64,000 nt of DNA from Sphingomonadaceae bacterium (GTDB lineage: Bacteria; Chloroflexota; UBA6077). The notes beneath the pieces were generated by a model. The model saw only the letters and a program-made list of their open reading frames with translations. It was not told where the DNA came from and did not search any database. The stretch spans positions 10,054 to 74,053 of the forward strand of contig JBLNDL010000014.1 of assembly GCA_050261575.1 (NCBI GenBank), written 5' to 3'. Each line of letters starts with the position of its first letter. The stretch's first letter is position 1. The position numbers and the translations under genes were made by a program. Shown here one piece after another: positions 46,845 to 57,051 of the stretch.

Positions 46845-49309
46845 ACGGCGGGGACCGCACTGGCCCTGGCGCCCGCGAGTGGCTCGGGGCGAACCGGCGC
46901 GGTCCAGTCGTCTTGGCGCTGCCTGAACACCACGCCCTTCTCCTGGCTCATCCGGAAGTGGGCGATGGCGCCCTGAAGCTGTGCGGCCATGGCGGTGAGA
47001 TGCTGGGCCTGGGCCACCATCTCCTGCACCTGGGCGCTCATCTCCTCGGCGGCTGCGCTGACCTCCTCTGCGGAGGCGCTGGTTTCCTCGCTCACTGCCG
47101 CCACCCTCTCGACGGTCGACGTAACCTGCTGGCTGGAGACGACCATCTCCTGGGTAGCGGTGGCCGACGTGTCCGCCGCTGTGGAGACGCCGTTCATTAC
47201 CTGGACGACGTGCCGCGAGGCATCCTCCATCTGGCCGACGGCCGAGGCAATCTGGCTGACCTGGGTGGCGGCGGACTCCACGAGGGAGAGGATGTCCTTC
47301 AGAGCAGCGCCTGCCTCTTCGGCGAGGGCGGTGCCGGCTTCTACCTCCTTCATCCCCTCCTGGATCGCCATGACCGCCTCCTGGGTCTCCTTCTGAACCT
47401 GGCCGATCAGTTCCGCTATCTCTCTGGTTGAGCGGCTGGTGCGCTCCGCGAGCTTGCGCACTTCCTCCGCCACCACCGCGAAGCCTCGTCCGTGCTCTCC
47501 GGCGCGGGCTGCCTCGATGGCGGCATTGAGCGCGAGCAGGTTCGTCTGCTCGGCTATGTCGTCGATCGTCTCGACTATGGAGTTGATCTGCTCGGAGTAC
47601 TTGTCCAGGTCCTGGACTTCTTGGGTCGAGGCGATAGTGCGTTGCTTGATGACGGCTATCCCGTCTACCGTCTTCTCCACTGCCTTTGCCCCAGAGAGGG
47701 CGGCGCGTTGTGCTTGCTGGGTTGCCTCCGCCACCTCTCGCGAGGCCGCAGCGACCCTGGAGATGGAGTCGTTCAGTTGTGCCACTGAACCGGACGCCTT
47801 GCCGACGGCGTCCACCTGCCCCCGCGATGTGTCGGCGATCAGGTCTATTGCCCGGGACAACTGGTCGAGCGAGGATGCCGCCTCCTGGACGGAGCCGGAT
47901 TGCTCTTGGTTGCCCCGCGCCACTTCCTGAATGGTCTGGGCGATCTGGTGGGTGGCGGCGCCAGCCTGGGAAGAAGCGGAGGAGAGCGCCTCCCCTGCCT
48001 CGGCGACCCCGTTGGCCACGTCGGCCACCTGGCCTATGGCCTCGCGCAGGCCAGAGACCATCTGGGCGAAGGCGTTGCCCAGCAGGTCTCGCTCCGAGCA
48101 GGGATGTACCTCCACGGTCAAGTCGCCGCCTGCTATGGCCTCGGCCTGTCGGGATGCCCGCTTCAGGTACTCCCGGATGCCGCGGAAGGCGAGCCCTATC
48201 TGTCCGATCTCGTCCTGTCTGACGGTCTTCTTCCACTTCTTCTCGTCGGCGTGATAGGTGACGTCACCCTCGGCGGTGTGACGTGCCACGTCGGTGAGGG
48301 CTTCGAGGGGTTCGGCCACGCGCCGGGCGACGAACCAAGCCATGATCAGGACCAGCACCAGCAGCACGGCGGCCAGCGGCGCCATGCCGATCAACAGCCC
48401 ACGTGCGGGCGCCATGAACTCCGCCTCCAAGGCGGCGACTCCCACTGCCATCCCCTGGCCCTTGTAATCCCCGTCGGGCTTCACCGGGGCGAAGCCGATC
48501 AGCCTGCCAGATCCGTCCAACTGGTAGCTGCCTGCTCCGGTCTCGCCTGAGACCATCCGCTTGCCGATGGCCGCCAACTCAGGGACTTGATGCTCAGTCA
48601 GGCCGGTGGAGAGGGCGTGGGTGGAGTCTGTGCTCGCCACGATTGTGCCGGCGCGATCCACTACGAAGGCGTAGCTGTGTTCTCCTGCATTGATCTGCTG
48701 CAACTTGGCGGAGATCAGACCGTAGTCCAGGGCGCCGCCCAGAATGGCCTGCACCCGTCCCGCCTCGTCCTTCATCGGCACGGCAACGACGCTGATGAGC
48801 TGCTTGGTGACGGGCGAGGGCTTGGGCTCGCCGACGAATAGCTGACCCTCGATGGCGGGCTTGAAGAAGTCCCAGTTGGAGAAGTCCTGTCCGAGGAGTT
48901 TGCCGTCCAAGGCATCGAGGAACACCTTGCCGTCGATGCCGACCAGGAAGACGTTCTCGTACTCGCCGATCTGCAGAAGGTGCTCACCCTTCAGTTGGTC
49001 GATCGCGTTCTTGCGGGTGGCATCCTCCATGGAGCCCTTGGCCTGTTCGGCAACCGCCTTGTTCAGTAGGGCCCCGGTGCCAAGGACCATCATGGAGCGA
49101 ACCCTCTGGTTGAGGTGCTCAGAGATGAGAGCGGCTTGCTGCTCGGCCGTCCCGCTGAGCCTTTCGTACACCTGACTTCGGAGTGCGCTCTCGAAGCTTC
49201 TGTAGGACACGACCGTCGCCAGCGCCAGCGGCACGAGCGCTGTCACGAGACAGAGGGGGACCAGACTATTGCGCAAGCTTCGGGAGAAGATGCCGCGGAT
49301 CCTTCCCAT
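46841..49309 (-). CDS. methyl-accepting chemotaxis protein (Cache-type periplasmic sensor, HAMP, MCP signalling domain)
   Basis: TM, large periplasmic Cache-like domain, TM, HAMP, MCP core nearly identical to the other MCP. Confidence 0.85.
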   Translation of the reverse strand: MGRIRGIFSRSLRNSLVPLCLVTALVPLALATVVSYRSFESALRSQVYERLSGTAEQQAALISEHLNQRVRSMMVLGTGALLNKAVAEQAKGSMEDATRKNAIDQLKGEHLLQIGEYENVFLVGIDGKVFLDALDGKLLGQDFSNWDFFKPAIEGQLFVGEPKPSPVTKQLISVVAVPMKDEAGRVQAILGGALDYGLISAKLQQINAGEHSYAFVVDRAGTIVASTDSTHALSTGLTEHQVPELAAIGKRMVSGETGAGSYQLDGSGRLIGFAPVKPDGDYKGQGMAVGVAALEAEFMAPARGLLIGMAPLAAVLLVLVLIMAWFVARRVAEPLEALTDVARHTAEGDVTYHADEKKWKKTVRQDEIGQIGLAFRGIREYLKRASRQAEAIAGGDLTVEVHPCSERDLLGNAFAQMVSGLREAIGQVADVANGVAEAGEALSSASSQAGAATHQIAQTIQEVARGNQEQSGSVQEAASSLDQLSRAIDLIADTSRGQVDAVGKASGSVAQLNDSISRVAAASREVAEATQQAQRAALSGAKAVEKTVDGIAVIKQRTIASTQEVQDLDKYSEQINSIVETIDDIAEQTNLLALNAAIEAARAGEHGRGFAVVAEEVRKLAERTSRSTREIAELIGQVQKETQEAVMAIQEGMKEVEAGTALAEEAGAALKDILSLVESAATQVSQIASAVGQMEDASRHVVQVMNGVSTAADTSATATQEMVVSSQQVTSTVERVAAVSEETSASAEEVSAAAEEMSAQVQEMVAQAQHLTAMAAQLQGAIAHFRMSQEKGVVFRQRQDDWTAPVRPEPLAGARASAVPAV

Positions 49310-49466
49310 CGTAGTGATCGAACCTCCTCACCTGATTGCCCCGCTCCGGGAATGGCCAATTTCGGCCCCGGCCTCGAGCAGTGATTGGTGGCCTGACACG
49401 AAGCTCCGGTTAGCCGCGTACGGTAGCACGGCCAATCCAGACAGCGGGGTTTCGCGCCGCGGTCAC

Positions 49467-49540
49467 GCTGAGCAGGTATCTCTGGTGCGTGTCAACTTCT
49501 CTGGCGGGGAACGTGTACTCGATCTGGAGATACCTGTTTA
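49467..49540 (+). mobile_element. MITE-like element, copy 2
   Basis: CTGAGCAGGTATCTCTGG...CTGGAGATACCTGTTTAG; ~160 nt upstream of the MCP start. Confidence 0.5.
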
Positions 49541-49635
49541 GTAAGATCGGCAGAACCGGAGATCTCTTTAGGGTTCGACGTGGGTAGGGCTACGATGGAG
49601 GTGGGGCTACGATCCACGGCCGGTGCAACCCGTAA

Positions 49636-49704
49636 CACCTATCTCTAGTTCATGTCACCTTCTCCGGCGGGAGACGCGTACTCCATCTGGAGATACCTGC
49701 TCAG
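49636..49704 (+). mobile_element. MITE-like element, copy 3 (left end degenerate)
   Basis: ...CACCTATCTCTAGTTCATGTCACC...CTGGAGATACCTGCTCAG; right TIR overlaps the TGA stop of ccmD. Confidence 0.5.
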
Positions 49705-49850
49705 TTGCCCTCTCGCTCGGCGAGGACTGCCTTCAGCGTCTCGATCTCCTCGCTCAGGGTCTTCTGTCGCGCGGCGATGCTGTAACTGTAGAGGAGCATC
49801 GCGAGCCAGATGATGGCGTAGGCCGCGAATAGAAACGTCAGATTGCCCAT
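49701..49850 (-). CDS. ccmD: heme exporter protein D (CcmD-like small membrane protein)
   Basis: 49 aa single-TM MGNLTFLFAAYAIIWLAMLLY..., directly downstream of ccmC; RBS GGAGG. Confidence 0.5.
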   Translation of the reverse strand: MGNLTFLFAAYAIIWLAMLLYSYSIAARQKTLSEEIETLKAVLAEREGN

Positions 49851-49933
49851 GTGGTTCCTCCGTGTACCCGATTCTGAGTCCCGAGTGTTGAGTGTTGGAT
49901 GCTGCGAGATGCCCTGTAAGGCCTGACTTCTCA

Positions 49934-50701
49934 CTACTCCTCGTAGAGCACATGGTCTCGTAGCCGGTACACCTCTTCCCTCTGCAGTTCGAGCCTCGTC
50001 CGCAGCCGGAGCAGGTGGACGAAGAGGAGGGTGAAGGCGGCCAGGCACACCACGAGGGTGGTCACCATGCGGGGATCGAGCTCCAGACTGGTGGAGGTGA
50101 TGACCACGGGGTGGATGGTACGCCACCATCTGATCGACATAAAGACGATCGGGACGTCGACGAAACCCACGATCCCTACGACGGCGGCGAGGGATGCGCG
50201 CTTGGAGGGGTTCTCCACCGCCGATCGGAGCATCAGGTAGGAGACGTAGATCAGCCACAGGATCAGGGTAGTGGTTAGCCTGGGGTCCCAGTCCCACCAG
50301 GTGCCCCACGTTGGCTTGGCCCAAATGGACCCAGTAAGGAGCGCCACCGTGGTGAAGAGGACGCCCACCTCCGCCCCGCTGGCGGCGAGGGCATCCCATC
50401 GGTGCCTCCTGGTGCGAAGCCACTGTATGCTGGCCGCGAACACCACAGCGAACGAGAGGAACCCGACCCAGGCCGCAGGCACGTGGAAGTAGAAGATGCG
50501 CTGCACGTCTCCCATCGTCGCCTCAGTTGGTGCGTAGAGAAAGGCGAAGTAGAGGGCCACCACCATCGCCGGAGCCACCGACCATCCGATGAGGTCGGGT
50601 TTGGAGCGACCGGCGATGCGGCTCAGTCCGGTCGCGTCTCTCTCGCGCGCGTCGCGCGTGGGTTTCGCCTCGGCGTCTACTGCCATCGGTTGCTCACTCA
50701 T
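49934..50701 (-). CDS. ccmC: heme exporter protein C
   Basis: CcmC family: WGTWWDWDPRL WWD motif, 6 TM helices. Confidence 0.8.
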   Translation of the reverse strand: MSEQPMAVDAEAKPTRDARERDATGLSRIAGRSKPDLIGWSVAPAMVVALYFAFLYAPTEATMGDVQRIFYFHVPAAWVGFLSFAVVFAASIQWLRTRRHRWDALAASGAEVGVLFTTVALLTGSIWAKPTWGTWWDWDPRLTTTLILWLIYVSYLMLRSAVENPSKRASLAAVVGIVGFVDVPIVFMSIRWWRTIHPVVITSTSLELDPRMVTTLVVCLAAFTLLFVHLLRLRTRLELQREEVYRLRDHVLYEE

Positions 50702-50707
50702 GGGCGG

Positions 50708-51382
50708 CTACTCCTGGAACACGTACTCGAATGTCAGGAAGGCTGCGGTAAGGAAGATAGCGTCGAAGCCGATCAGGACCGACAGCCAGGGACCGGAGCT
50801 AGCAGCAGGGGTGCTCGCCAGCGCCTCACCCGTCGCTTTGACGGCGGCGACGAGGACCGGCACCGCCACCGGTAGCAGCAGGATCGGTAGCATGATCTCC
50901 CGGGTCCGGGTGTGGACGGCAATGGCCGAGAAGAGGGTCCCCACGGCGGCGAAGCCAAGGGTTCCCAGCAGAACGATCAGCAGCAACCCGGGGCTGAAGA
51001 CCGGCAGATCGAAGAAGGCCCCGAACACCGGAAGGATGATGGCCTCCATGGTGGCCATGAAGAGCAGGTTGCCGACCATCTTGCCCAGGTAGATGGTGCC
51101 GCGATCGACGGGGCAGAGGAGGAGTCCCTCCATGCAACCCCGATCCTTCTCGGTGATGAAGGATCGGTTCAGTCCCAGCATGCCTGCGAAGACTATTGCT
51201 ACCCAGAGCACCCCGGGAGCGGCGGCCTCTTGGTTCTCCACCCTCAGGTCGAAGGCGAAGTTGAAGATCACTATGACCAGGAGGGCGAAGACGAACATGG
51301 AGCTGAGCATCTCGCGTGTGCGCAACTCCGAAACCACATCCTTGCGGACGATGGCCAGCACCTTGTCCAGGTAAGACATCAT
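50708..51382 (-). CDS. ccmB: heme exporter protein B
   Basis: 224 aa, 6 TM helices, CcmB-like; follows ccmA with 4-nt overlap. Confidence 0.7.
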   Translation of the reverse strand: MMSYLDKVLAIVRKDVVSELRTREMLSSMFVFALLVIVIFNFAFDLRVENQEAAAPGVLWVAIVFAGMLGLNRSFITEKDRGCMEGLLLCPVDRGTIYLGKMVGNLLFMATMEAIILPVFGAFFDLPVFSPGLLLIVLLGTLGFAAVGTLFSAIAVHTRTREIMLPILLLPVAVPVLVAAVKATGEALASTPAASSGPWLSVLIGFDAIFLTAAFLTFEYVFQE

Positions 51383-52143
51383 CGCCCGTTGCCCCCCCTG
51401 TGGCCTTGGGCGGTGTATCGGGAGTAGAGCTGGCGGACTGTGGTTGGATCCAGCTCCTCCGAGGGCGCCTGGAAGGCGATCCGCCCATCCACCAGGATGA
51501 CCACTCGGTCGCTGAGGGCCAGACCCAGGTCGAGGTGGTGGGTGATGACCAGCGCCGCCCTGCGGCGACCGGAGGCGGGCTCCCGCAGCAGGTCGACCAG
51601 CAGTTCGAGTGCGTCCTGGTCGAGCCCCGCCTCCGGCTCGTCCAGCATCAACACCTCCGGGTCGTGGAGAATCGCCCTCGCCATGGCGATCCGCTGCCGC
51701 ATCCCATGGGAGAAGGTGCCGACCCGATCGTCGAGTCGAGCCGTAAGCCCAACCCGCTCAACCGTCTGCGCGATCCTACGATCGAGGTTCTGGACATCGT
51801 ACATCCGGCCGTAGAAGCGGAGGTTCTCACGCGCCGTCAGGTCGTCGTACAGGTAGGAATGGTGGGAGACGACACCGATCCGCCGTCGCGCTTCGAGGGG
51901 GTCTTCTTCGGGATCGATGCCGTCTATCACCACGCGGCCGGTGGTGGGAGAGGCAACCGTGGCCAGGATGCGCATCAGAGTGGTCTTTCCGGCCCCATTG
52001 GGGCCGAAGATGGCCACCCGCTCTCCCCTTGCCAGGGAAAGGCCGATCCCCTTGAGTACCAGCCGGTGGCCGAATCGCTTCGTGACTCCCTTGGCCTCCA
52101 GGGCCAGGGCGGTCGACTCGGCCACCGTCGATCCTCCGATCAC
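51379..52143 (-). CDS. ccmA: heme exporter ATP-binding protein CcmA
   Basis: Walker A GPNGAGKTTL, signature FSHGMRQR, Walker B LMLDEP. Confidence 0.8.
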   Translation of the reverse strand: MIGGSTVAESTALALEAKGVTKRFGHRLVLKGIGLSLARGERVAIFGPNGAGKTTLMRILATVASPTTGRVVIDGIDPEEDPLEARRRIGVVSHHSYLYDDLTARENLRFYGRMYDVQNLDRRIAQTVERVGLTARLDDRVGTFSHGMRQRIAMARAILHDPEVLMLDEPEAGLDQDALELLVDLLREPASGRRRAALVITHHLDLGLALSDRVVILVDGRIAFQAPSEELDPTTVRQLYSRYTAQGHRGGNGR

Positions 52144-53591
52144 TGGTCGCCCCTGGCGGCCGCCAGCGCCTTCTGCCGGGCGACCACCTCGACCAGGCGC
52201 TTCTTCTTCTCCGCCCGCAGGCGTCCGTACTCCTCGGCGCCGATCTTCCCGCTCTCGAATTCGTCGTCCAGGCGCGCGATTGCGCCTATCAGTTCTCGCT
52301 TCTCGGCATCGAGGATCTCCTCCTCGGCCTCGATCTCGGCCTCGGTGTGCGGCGCGGCCGACGCTTCCTCAAGGCCGGATTCGGCCTCCGGCGATTCCCT
52401 GTTGCGTGCGGGGGCTGCAGGCCGAGCGGCGCCGGTGCGCCGCTTGCCGCGTCGCCTCACCAGGATGACCGCGACCACGACGACCGCCACGACGATGGCT
52501 GCCACCCCGGCTATCAGCGGCGTCTGAGACTGCTGCGCCGTGGGTGCCTGTGCCTTGGATAGCTGGTCCAGGTCGAACTTCAGCTCGGTATCGGCGGACA
52601 CGTTGTCACCGCTGAGGAGCACGAACTTCTCGCCCTGGATGTCGGGGTTGCTCCTGTTGGGGAGGTTGGACACCGAGATGCCCACCCCGTTGTCCGGCAT
52701 GAGGACGTTGACCTTGGCGGTTGCCTGGGTGACCTTCGAGACGAAGCTTGCGGAGCCGTTCGTGGCGGTGATCCGGTACCGGAAGATCCGTTGAGTGTCG
52801 CCAGGATAGAGCGGCCAGGTGTCTACCAGGCTGCCCTCGCTCTCGAACACTCGGGTTCCGACCATGCCGCCGCCGTATTCCACGTCTTGAGCGCCCTGTG
52901 GAAGGGCGAAGCGAAGGGTCTCCTTCACTCCCTCGTGGATTTCCCTGGAGCCCACGTAGGTCTTGTCGCCGCTGTTGCTGATGATGGCGATCTCGGATAC
53001 GTTGACTCCCTCGGGATCCGGCTCCAGGAGGTAGTGGCGGGCGGCCCATTTGATTGCCTGGTCGGAGGTGGTGGCGTCGAACACTTGCACCTCGGCCGTC
53101 TGCTCGGAGGAGCCCGACGGGAACGTGAGCGGCTCGGCCGCGTAGTCCACTCCCTGATACTGGACGTGCAGCAAGTAGGTGAAGTCCTGCCCGGTCTCCA
53201 GTCCTTCGAAGGCGAACTTCCCGTCCTGTCCGGCAGTGGCCGTCCGCTTGTCGGCCTGATCCTGACCCTTGAAGACGAGGAGGTTGACCTCGACCCCGGC
53301 CACGCTGCCTCCGTCCTTGGTCAGATTCACCACGCTGCCCTTGATGGTGCCCATGGCTCCCGTCGCCGCCGTTGCCGCCGGGGTGGCGGCGGGAGTAGCG
53401 GCAGGCGTGGCGGCCTGCTGGCTCTCCGCGGCCATGGCCGTGGCAGCCAGGCCCAGGAAGAAGACCGCGACGAGCGCGAGCGCAGTCAGTGTGGTAGCCC
53501 TCACCCTAGCCCGCTCCCAGAGGGAGAGGGGATTCGCCGACTGCCTCTGGGAGCGAGTCGGGGTGAGAGCCCCAGTCGATCCGTTCTCCAT
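52140..53591 (-). CDS. secreted, membrane-anchored protein with carboxypeptidase-regulatory-like beta-sandwich and C-terminal coiled-coil, embedded in the ccm operon
   Basis: Signal peptide, ATPAATPAATPA linker, GSVVNLTKDGGSVAGVEVNL (CarbopepD_reg-like), C-terminal TM plus charged helix; RBS GAGGGGG; overlaps ccmA start. Confidence 0.45.
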   Translation of the reverse strand: MENGSTGALTPTRSQRQSANPLSLWERARVRATTLTALALVAVFFLGLAATAMAAESQQAATPAATPAATPAATAATGAMGTIKGSVVNLTKDGGSVAGVEVNLLVFKGQDQADKRTATAGQDGKFAFEGLETGQDFTYLLHVQYQGVDYAAEPLTFPSGSSEQTAEVQVFDATTSDQAIKWAARHYLLEPDPEGVNVSEIAIISNSGDKTYVGSREIHEGVKETLRFALPQGAQDVEYGGGMVGTRVFESEGSLVDTWPLYPGDTQRIFRYRITATNGSASFVSKVTQATAKVNVLMPDNGVGISVSNLPNRSNPDIQGEKFVLLSGDNVSADTELKFDLDQLSKAQAPTAQQSQTPLIAGVAAIVVAVVVVAVILVRRRGKRRTGAARPAAPARNRESPEAESGLEEASAAPHTEAEIEAEEEILDAEKRELIGAIARLDDEFESGKIGAEEYGRLRAEKKKRLVEVVARQKALAAARGDQ

Positions 53592-53649
53592 GTATAGTCC
53601 CCCTCGACTCGGTATTCGACTCAAAGCTTTCCAAGACCTAACACATATT

Positions 53650-54237
53650 CTACCGCTTCGACCCGCGTCGAAGTGATGCCCCGCACCTGCTGCAGAAGGC
53701 CGCTTCGGGGTCCAGAACCCGTTGCCCGCATTCGGGGCAGAGGACCGCACTCGAGCCCTTGGAGTCCCCGCCTCTGCGGACGCTGGACCCCTTGGATCGC
53801 TTTCGGAAGGATTGGATCTCCTCCTCCAGGTCCAACTCCGAGTCCTCGACGTGGCCGCGTCCGGTATCCCCGGCCGTCGAGGGCAAGTCGGCCAGGAACT
53901 CCTCCTCGGCCTCCGGAACGCTCCTGCCCCGGAGTCTGCCGGATCGTGCGTCGTCGATTCGTTTGAGGATGGCCACCGCCTTCTTCTTGTATCGGTCCTG
54001 GAGTTCCTGGAAATCCTCCTGGGATAGGTTGCCCATCGCCAGGTCGAACTCCAACTCCTTCATGGCGGCGTACACCGTGTCTCGCTGGAAGAGCAGTCGC
54101 TGGAGCACGGGCTCGCTCGGCTCCCCACCGAGGAACTCCTCGGGTCTGGTTCGCCCGAAGAGAAGGGGCCATGCTACGAAGACCGCTGCGCCGACGGTGA
54201 TGGCCAGCATGGCCACCATGGTCCACTGGAACGACAT
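53650..54237 (-). CDS. membrane-anchored protein with C-terminal zinc-ribbon (CPECG...CSRCG)
   Basis: N-terminal TM, acidic helical region, C-terminal C-P-x-C-G/C-x-R-C-G pair; between ccmH-like and the unknown secreted gene. Confidence 0.4.
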   Translation of the reverse strand: MSFQWTMVAMLAITVGAAVFVAWPLLFGRTRPEEFLGGEPSEPVLQRLLFQRDTVYAAMKELEFDLAMGNLSQEDFQELQDRYKKKAVAILKRIDDARSGRLRGRSVPEAEEEFLADLPSTAGDTGRGHVEDSELDLEEEIQSFRKRSKGSSVRRGGDSKGSSAVLCPECGQRVLDPEAAFCSRCGASLRRGSKR

Positions 54238-54257
54238 TCTCGCCTCAACCTCCCGTG

Positions 54258-54815
54258 CTATTCGAACTGCTGCAGATCTCTCGAGAGTTGGGACTCGTAC
54301 CGTCGCAACTCTTCTTCACTCAGATCCCTGGCCACCTCGGCGTTCAGGTAGGCATCGTGCCACCTGCGCTCCCTCAACCAGGCGGTCAGCAGGTACCCCA
54401 GGAGGGCAGCCCCGCCGAAAATGGTGGCGAAGGGGGTGATCCAGGCCGCCAGGCTGAAGCCCTGCTTGGAGGGCGCCGGCAGGATGCGCTCGCCGTACTG
54501 GCGAACCAAGGTGTCCACGATCCTCTGACGTGGCCAGCCTTCGGCCGTCTTGGCTCGGATGAACGATCTCATCCACGCGGCCTCGGGTGTGTTGGACGTG
54601 CGCAGCGGCCGCGAACTGGCCGCCGAAGGGCACCTCAACTCGTCGATCAGTTCATCCGCCGGGTCGGTTGCCCCCAGCGGTGCAGTCAGCCAGAGTACCA
54701 CGACCCCGGCCGACAGCAACGCGACGAGGATAAGCCGCAGGGCAGGCGAATGGCTCTCTCCACGGTGAGGGAGAGCCCGCCTCGTCGTCAACATCGCATT
54801 ACGGATCCACCGCAT
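54258..54815 (-). CDS. ccmH: CcmH/NrfF-like cytochrome c biogenesis protein (LRCP motif, single Cys)
   Basis: Signal/TM, LIDELRCPSAAS where the canonical family has LRCxxC; C-terminal TM; TPR-less short form. Confidence 0.5.
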   Translation of the reverse strand: MRWIRNAMLTTRRALPHRGESHSPALRLILVALLSAGVVVLWLTAPLGATDPADELIDELRCPSAASSRPLRTSNTPEAAWMRSFIRAKTAEGWPRQRIVDTLVRQYGERILPAPSKQGFSLAAWITPFATIFGGAALLGYLLTAWLRERRWHDAYLNAEVARDLSEEELRRYESQLSRDLQQFE

Positions 54816-54899
54816 CGTGAATCAGACTTCCGGTCAGCCCGAGCTCCGCAGGTGGCGAAGTCCTCCATATCCCTGCCTTGGTGATCCGAGCAGGTTCGG

Positions 54900-56903
54900 C
54901 TACGCATCGACCGGCTGAAGCACTTCTGCCGTTGGACGCTCGGCGGCCAGCCACGCCGCCTCTCGACGCCTCTCCTTCGCGTCCGGCCAGATGGCGATGA
55001 AGCCGCCCAGCATCAGCAGGTAGCCTCCGGCCCATATCCACGCCACCAGGGGGTTGATCACGAGTCTCAGTGAGGCGCTCTGGCCGGTCCAGGAGTTGAG
55101 TATGAGATAGAGGTCCTCCGCCGCAGTGCTTCGGATGGCCACCTCTGTGTTGGGCTGATCCCAGCCCTGGTAGAACTCCTTGGTGGGGGTCATCGTCCCC
55201 AGCAACTGGTCGCCGGAGTACATGGTGATGTTCGCCGCCACGATCTCCTTCCGACCCTCCCTAGAATCGGAGAGACCCTGGTAGACCAGGCGGTAGCCGC
55301 CGATGGTGGCCTCCTGGCCCGGGGCAAGGGTGACGTCTTTCTCCGTCTTGAAGCCGCTGGAGCCCACTACGCCGATGGCCAGCACGACGATGCCGAGATG
55401 AACCAGGTAGCCGCCGTAGCGAGGCTTGTTTCCCCAGACCAGCGGGCCCAGCGCGAGCAGGGGGTTGCGGTTCAGTATGCGAGCTTGGGCGCGCGCCCCG
55501 CGCCAGAACTCCAGGGCTATGGTGCCCAGCACGAAGCCGCACGAGGCGAACGCCACCAGTGCGTAGAGCTGGCGGACGTTGAGGAAGAGGGCGATCGCCG
55601 TGGCGATCAGCCCAGCCAGGACCGGAGCGCGGAAGTTCCTCAGGAGGTTGTCCATCGAGGCTCGCCGCCAGCCGATGATGGGGCAGATCCCCATGAGAAC
55701 GACGATGGCGAGCAGAATGGGACCGACCACCTGGTTGAAGAACGGCGCGTTGACTGTGACCTTGACACCGCGGATCGCCTCGGAGATCAGCGGGAACATC
55801 GTGCCCCAGAGGACGGCGAAGGCGCCGCCCACCAGGAGAAGGTTGTTCAGCAGGAAGCTAGACTCCCTGGAGACCAGGGAGTCCAGTTCGTTCTCCCCCT
55901 GCAGAAGCGGAAGCCGGTCCCAGATGAGCGCGACGGAGACGGTGATGGTCACGAGCATCATCGCCACGAACATGGGCCCGACGTTGGTTTCCCCGAAGGT
56001 GTGCACTGAGGAGAGGATATCGCTTCTCGTGAGGAAGGTGCCGAAGACGGTGAGGAGGAAGGTGGCGATGATCAGCGCGAGGTTCCACACCTTCAGCATG
56101 CCGCGGCGGCGCTGGATCATGATGGAGTGGAGGAAAGCGGTGCCGGTGAGCCACGGCATGAAGGAGGAGTTCTCCACCGGGTCCCAGCCCCAGTAGCCGC
56201 CCCATCCCAGCTCCACGTAGGCCCACTGGGCGCCCAGCAGGTTGCCGATGCCCAGGAAGACCCACGCGAAGAGCGTCCATCGCCTGGTGATCTGGATCCA
56301 CTCGTTGCCCAGTTGTCCAGTGATGAGCGCAGCCAGGGCGAAGGCGAAGGGCACCGTGAACGCGACGTAGCCCAGGTAGAGGGCGGGCGGGTGGAACAGC
56401 ATGCCCACGTTTTGGAGCAACGGGTTCAGGCCCTGGCCGTCGGGAGGCGGAGCCGGCAGACGGATGAAGGGGTCGGAGAAGAACACCAGCAGTGATAGGA
56501 AGAAGGTCGAGACGAAGCCCATCACGGAGGTGACCCAGGGCATGAGGGTCTTGTGCCGCCCCCGGTTCTGGAGTGTGACGATCAGCAGCATCATCACGAC
56601 GCCCCAGGCCCACATGAGCAACGAGCCTTCTTGGCTGGCGTAGGCCCCGGAGAGGCTGTAGACGAGGTCGATGTCGCGGCTGTTGTAGCGCGCGACGGTC
56701 TGCAGGGAGAAGTCGTGGGTCGCGAAGGCGTACAGCAGCACCCCCCAGGCAAGGGAGACCAGCGCGGCCGCGGCGTAAACCGCATTGCGTGCGCTGGCCA
56801 GCAGATCCGCCTCGCGCCGCGTGATGCCGATTGCCGAAATCACCGTCAGGTAGGAGGTGATGACGAAGGCTACAACCAGTGAGATGCGTCCGATTTCTGC
56901 CAT
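54900..56903 (-). CDS. ccmF: cytochrome c-type biogenesis protein CcmF (heme lyase)
   Basis: 667 aa, ~15 TM helices, WGGYWGWDPVEN WWD motif. Confidence 0.85.
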   Translation of the reverse strand: MAEIGRISLVVAFVITSYLTVISAIGITRREADLLASARNAVYAAAALVSLAWGVLLYAFATHDFSLQTVARYNSRDIDLVYSLSGAYASQEGSLLMWAWGVVMMLLIVTLQNRGRHKTLMPWVTSVMGFVSTFFLSLLVFFSDPFIRLPAPPPDGQGLNPLLQNVGMLFHPPALYLGYVAFTVPFAFALAALITGQLGNEWIQITRRWTLFAWVFLGIGNLLGAQWAYVELGWGGYWGWDPVENSSFMPWLTGTAFLHSIMIQRRRGMLKVWNLALIIATFLLTVFGTFLTRSDILSSVHTFGETNVGPMFVAMMLVTITVSVALIWDRLPLLQGENELDSLVSRESSFLLNNLLLVGGAFAVLWGTMFPLISEAIRGVKVTVNAPFFNQVVGPILLAIVVLMGICPIIGWRRASMDNLLRNFRAPVLAGLIATAIALFLNVRQLYALVAFASCGFVLGTIALEFWRGARAQARILNRNPLLALGPLVWGNKPRYGGYLVHLGIVVLAIGVVGSSGFKTEKDVTLAPGQEATIGGYRLVYQGLSDSREGRKEIVAANITMYSGDQLLGTMTPTKEFYQGWDQPNTEVAIRSTAAEDLYLILNSWTGQSASLRLVINPLVAWIWAGGYLLMLGGFIAIWPDAKERRREAAWLAAERPTAEVLQPVDA

Positions 56904-57051
56904 GTGGTCCGGCTATCCTCGCTTTCGGGCCCGCGCCGTTCTCCGCGCGGGTGTGGATCTGGGCCTCGGGACGCTGGCTTGCAGGGCGCGGGAGAGCGGA
57001 CGCTCGTTCCCCGCGGAAGGGGGACGAGGCGCCCGTGCCCGGCGGCTACCG

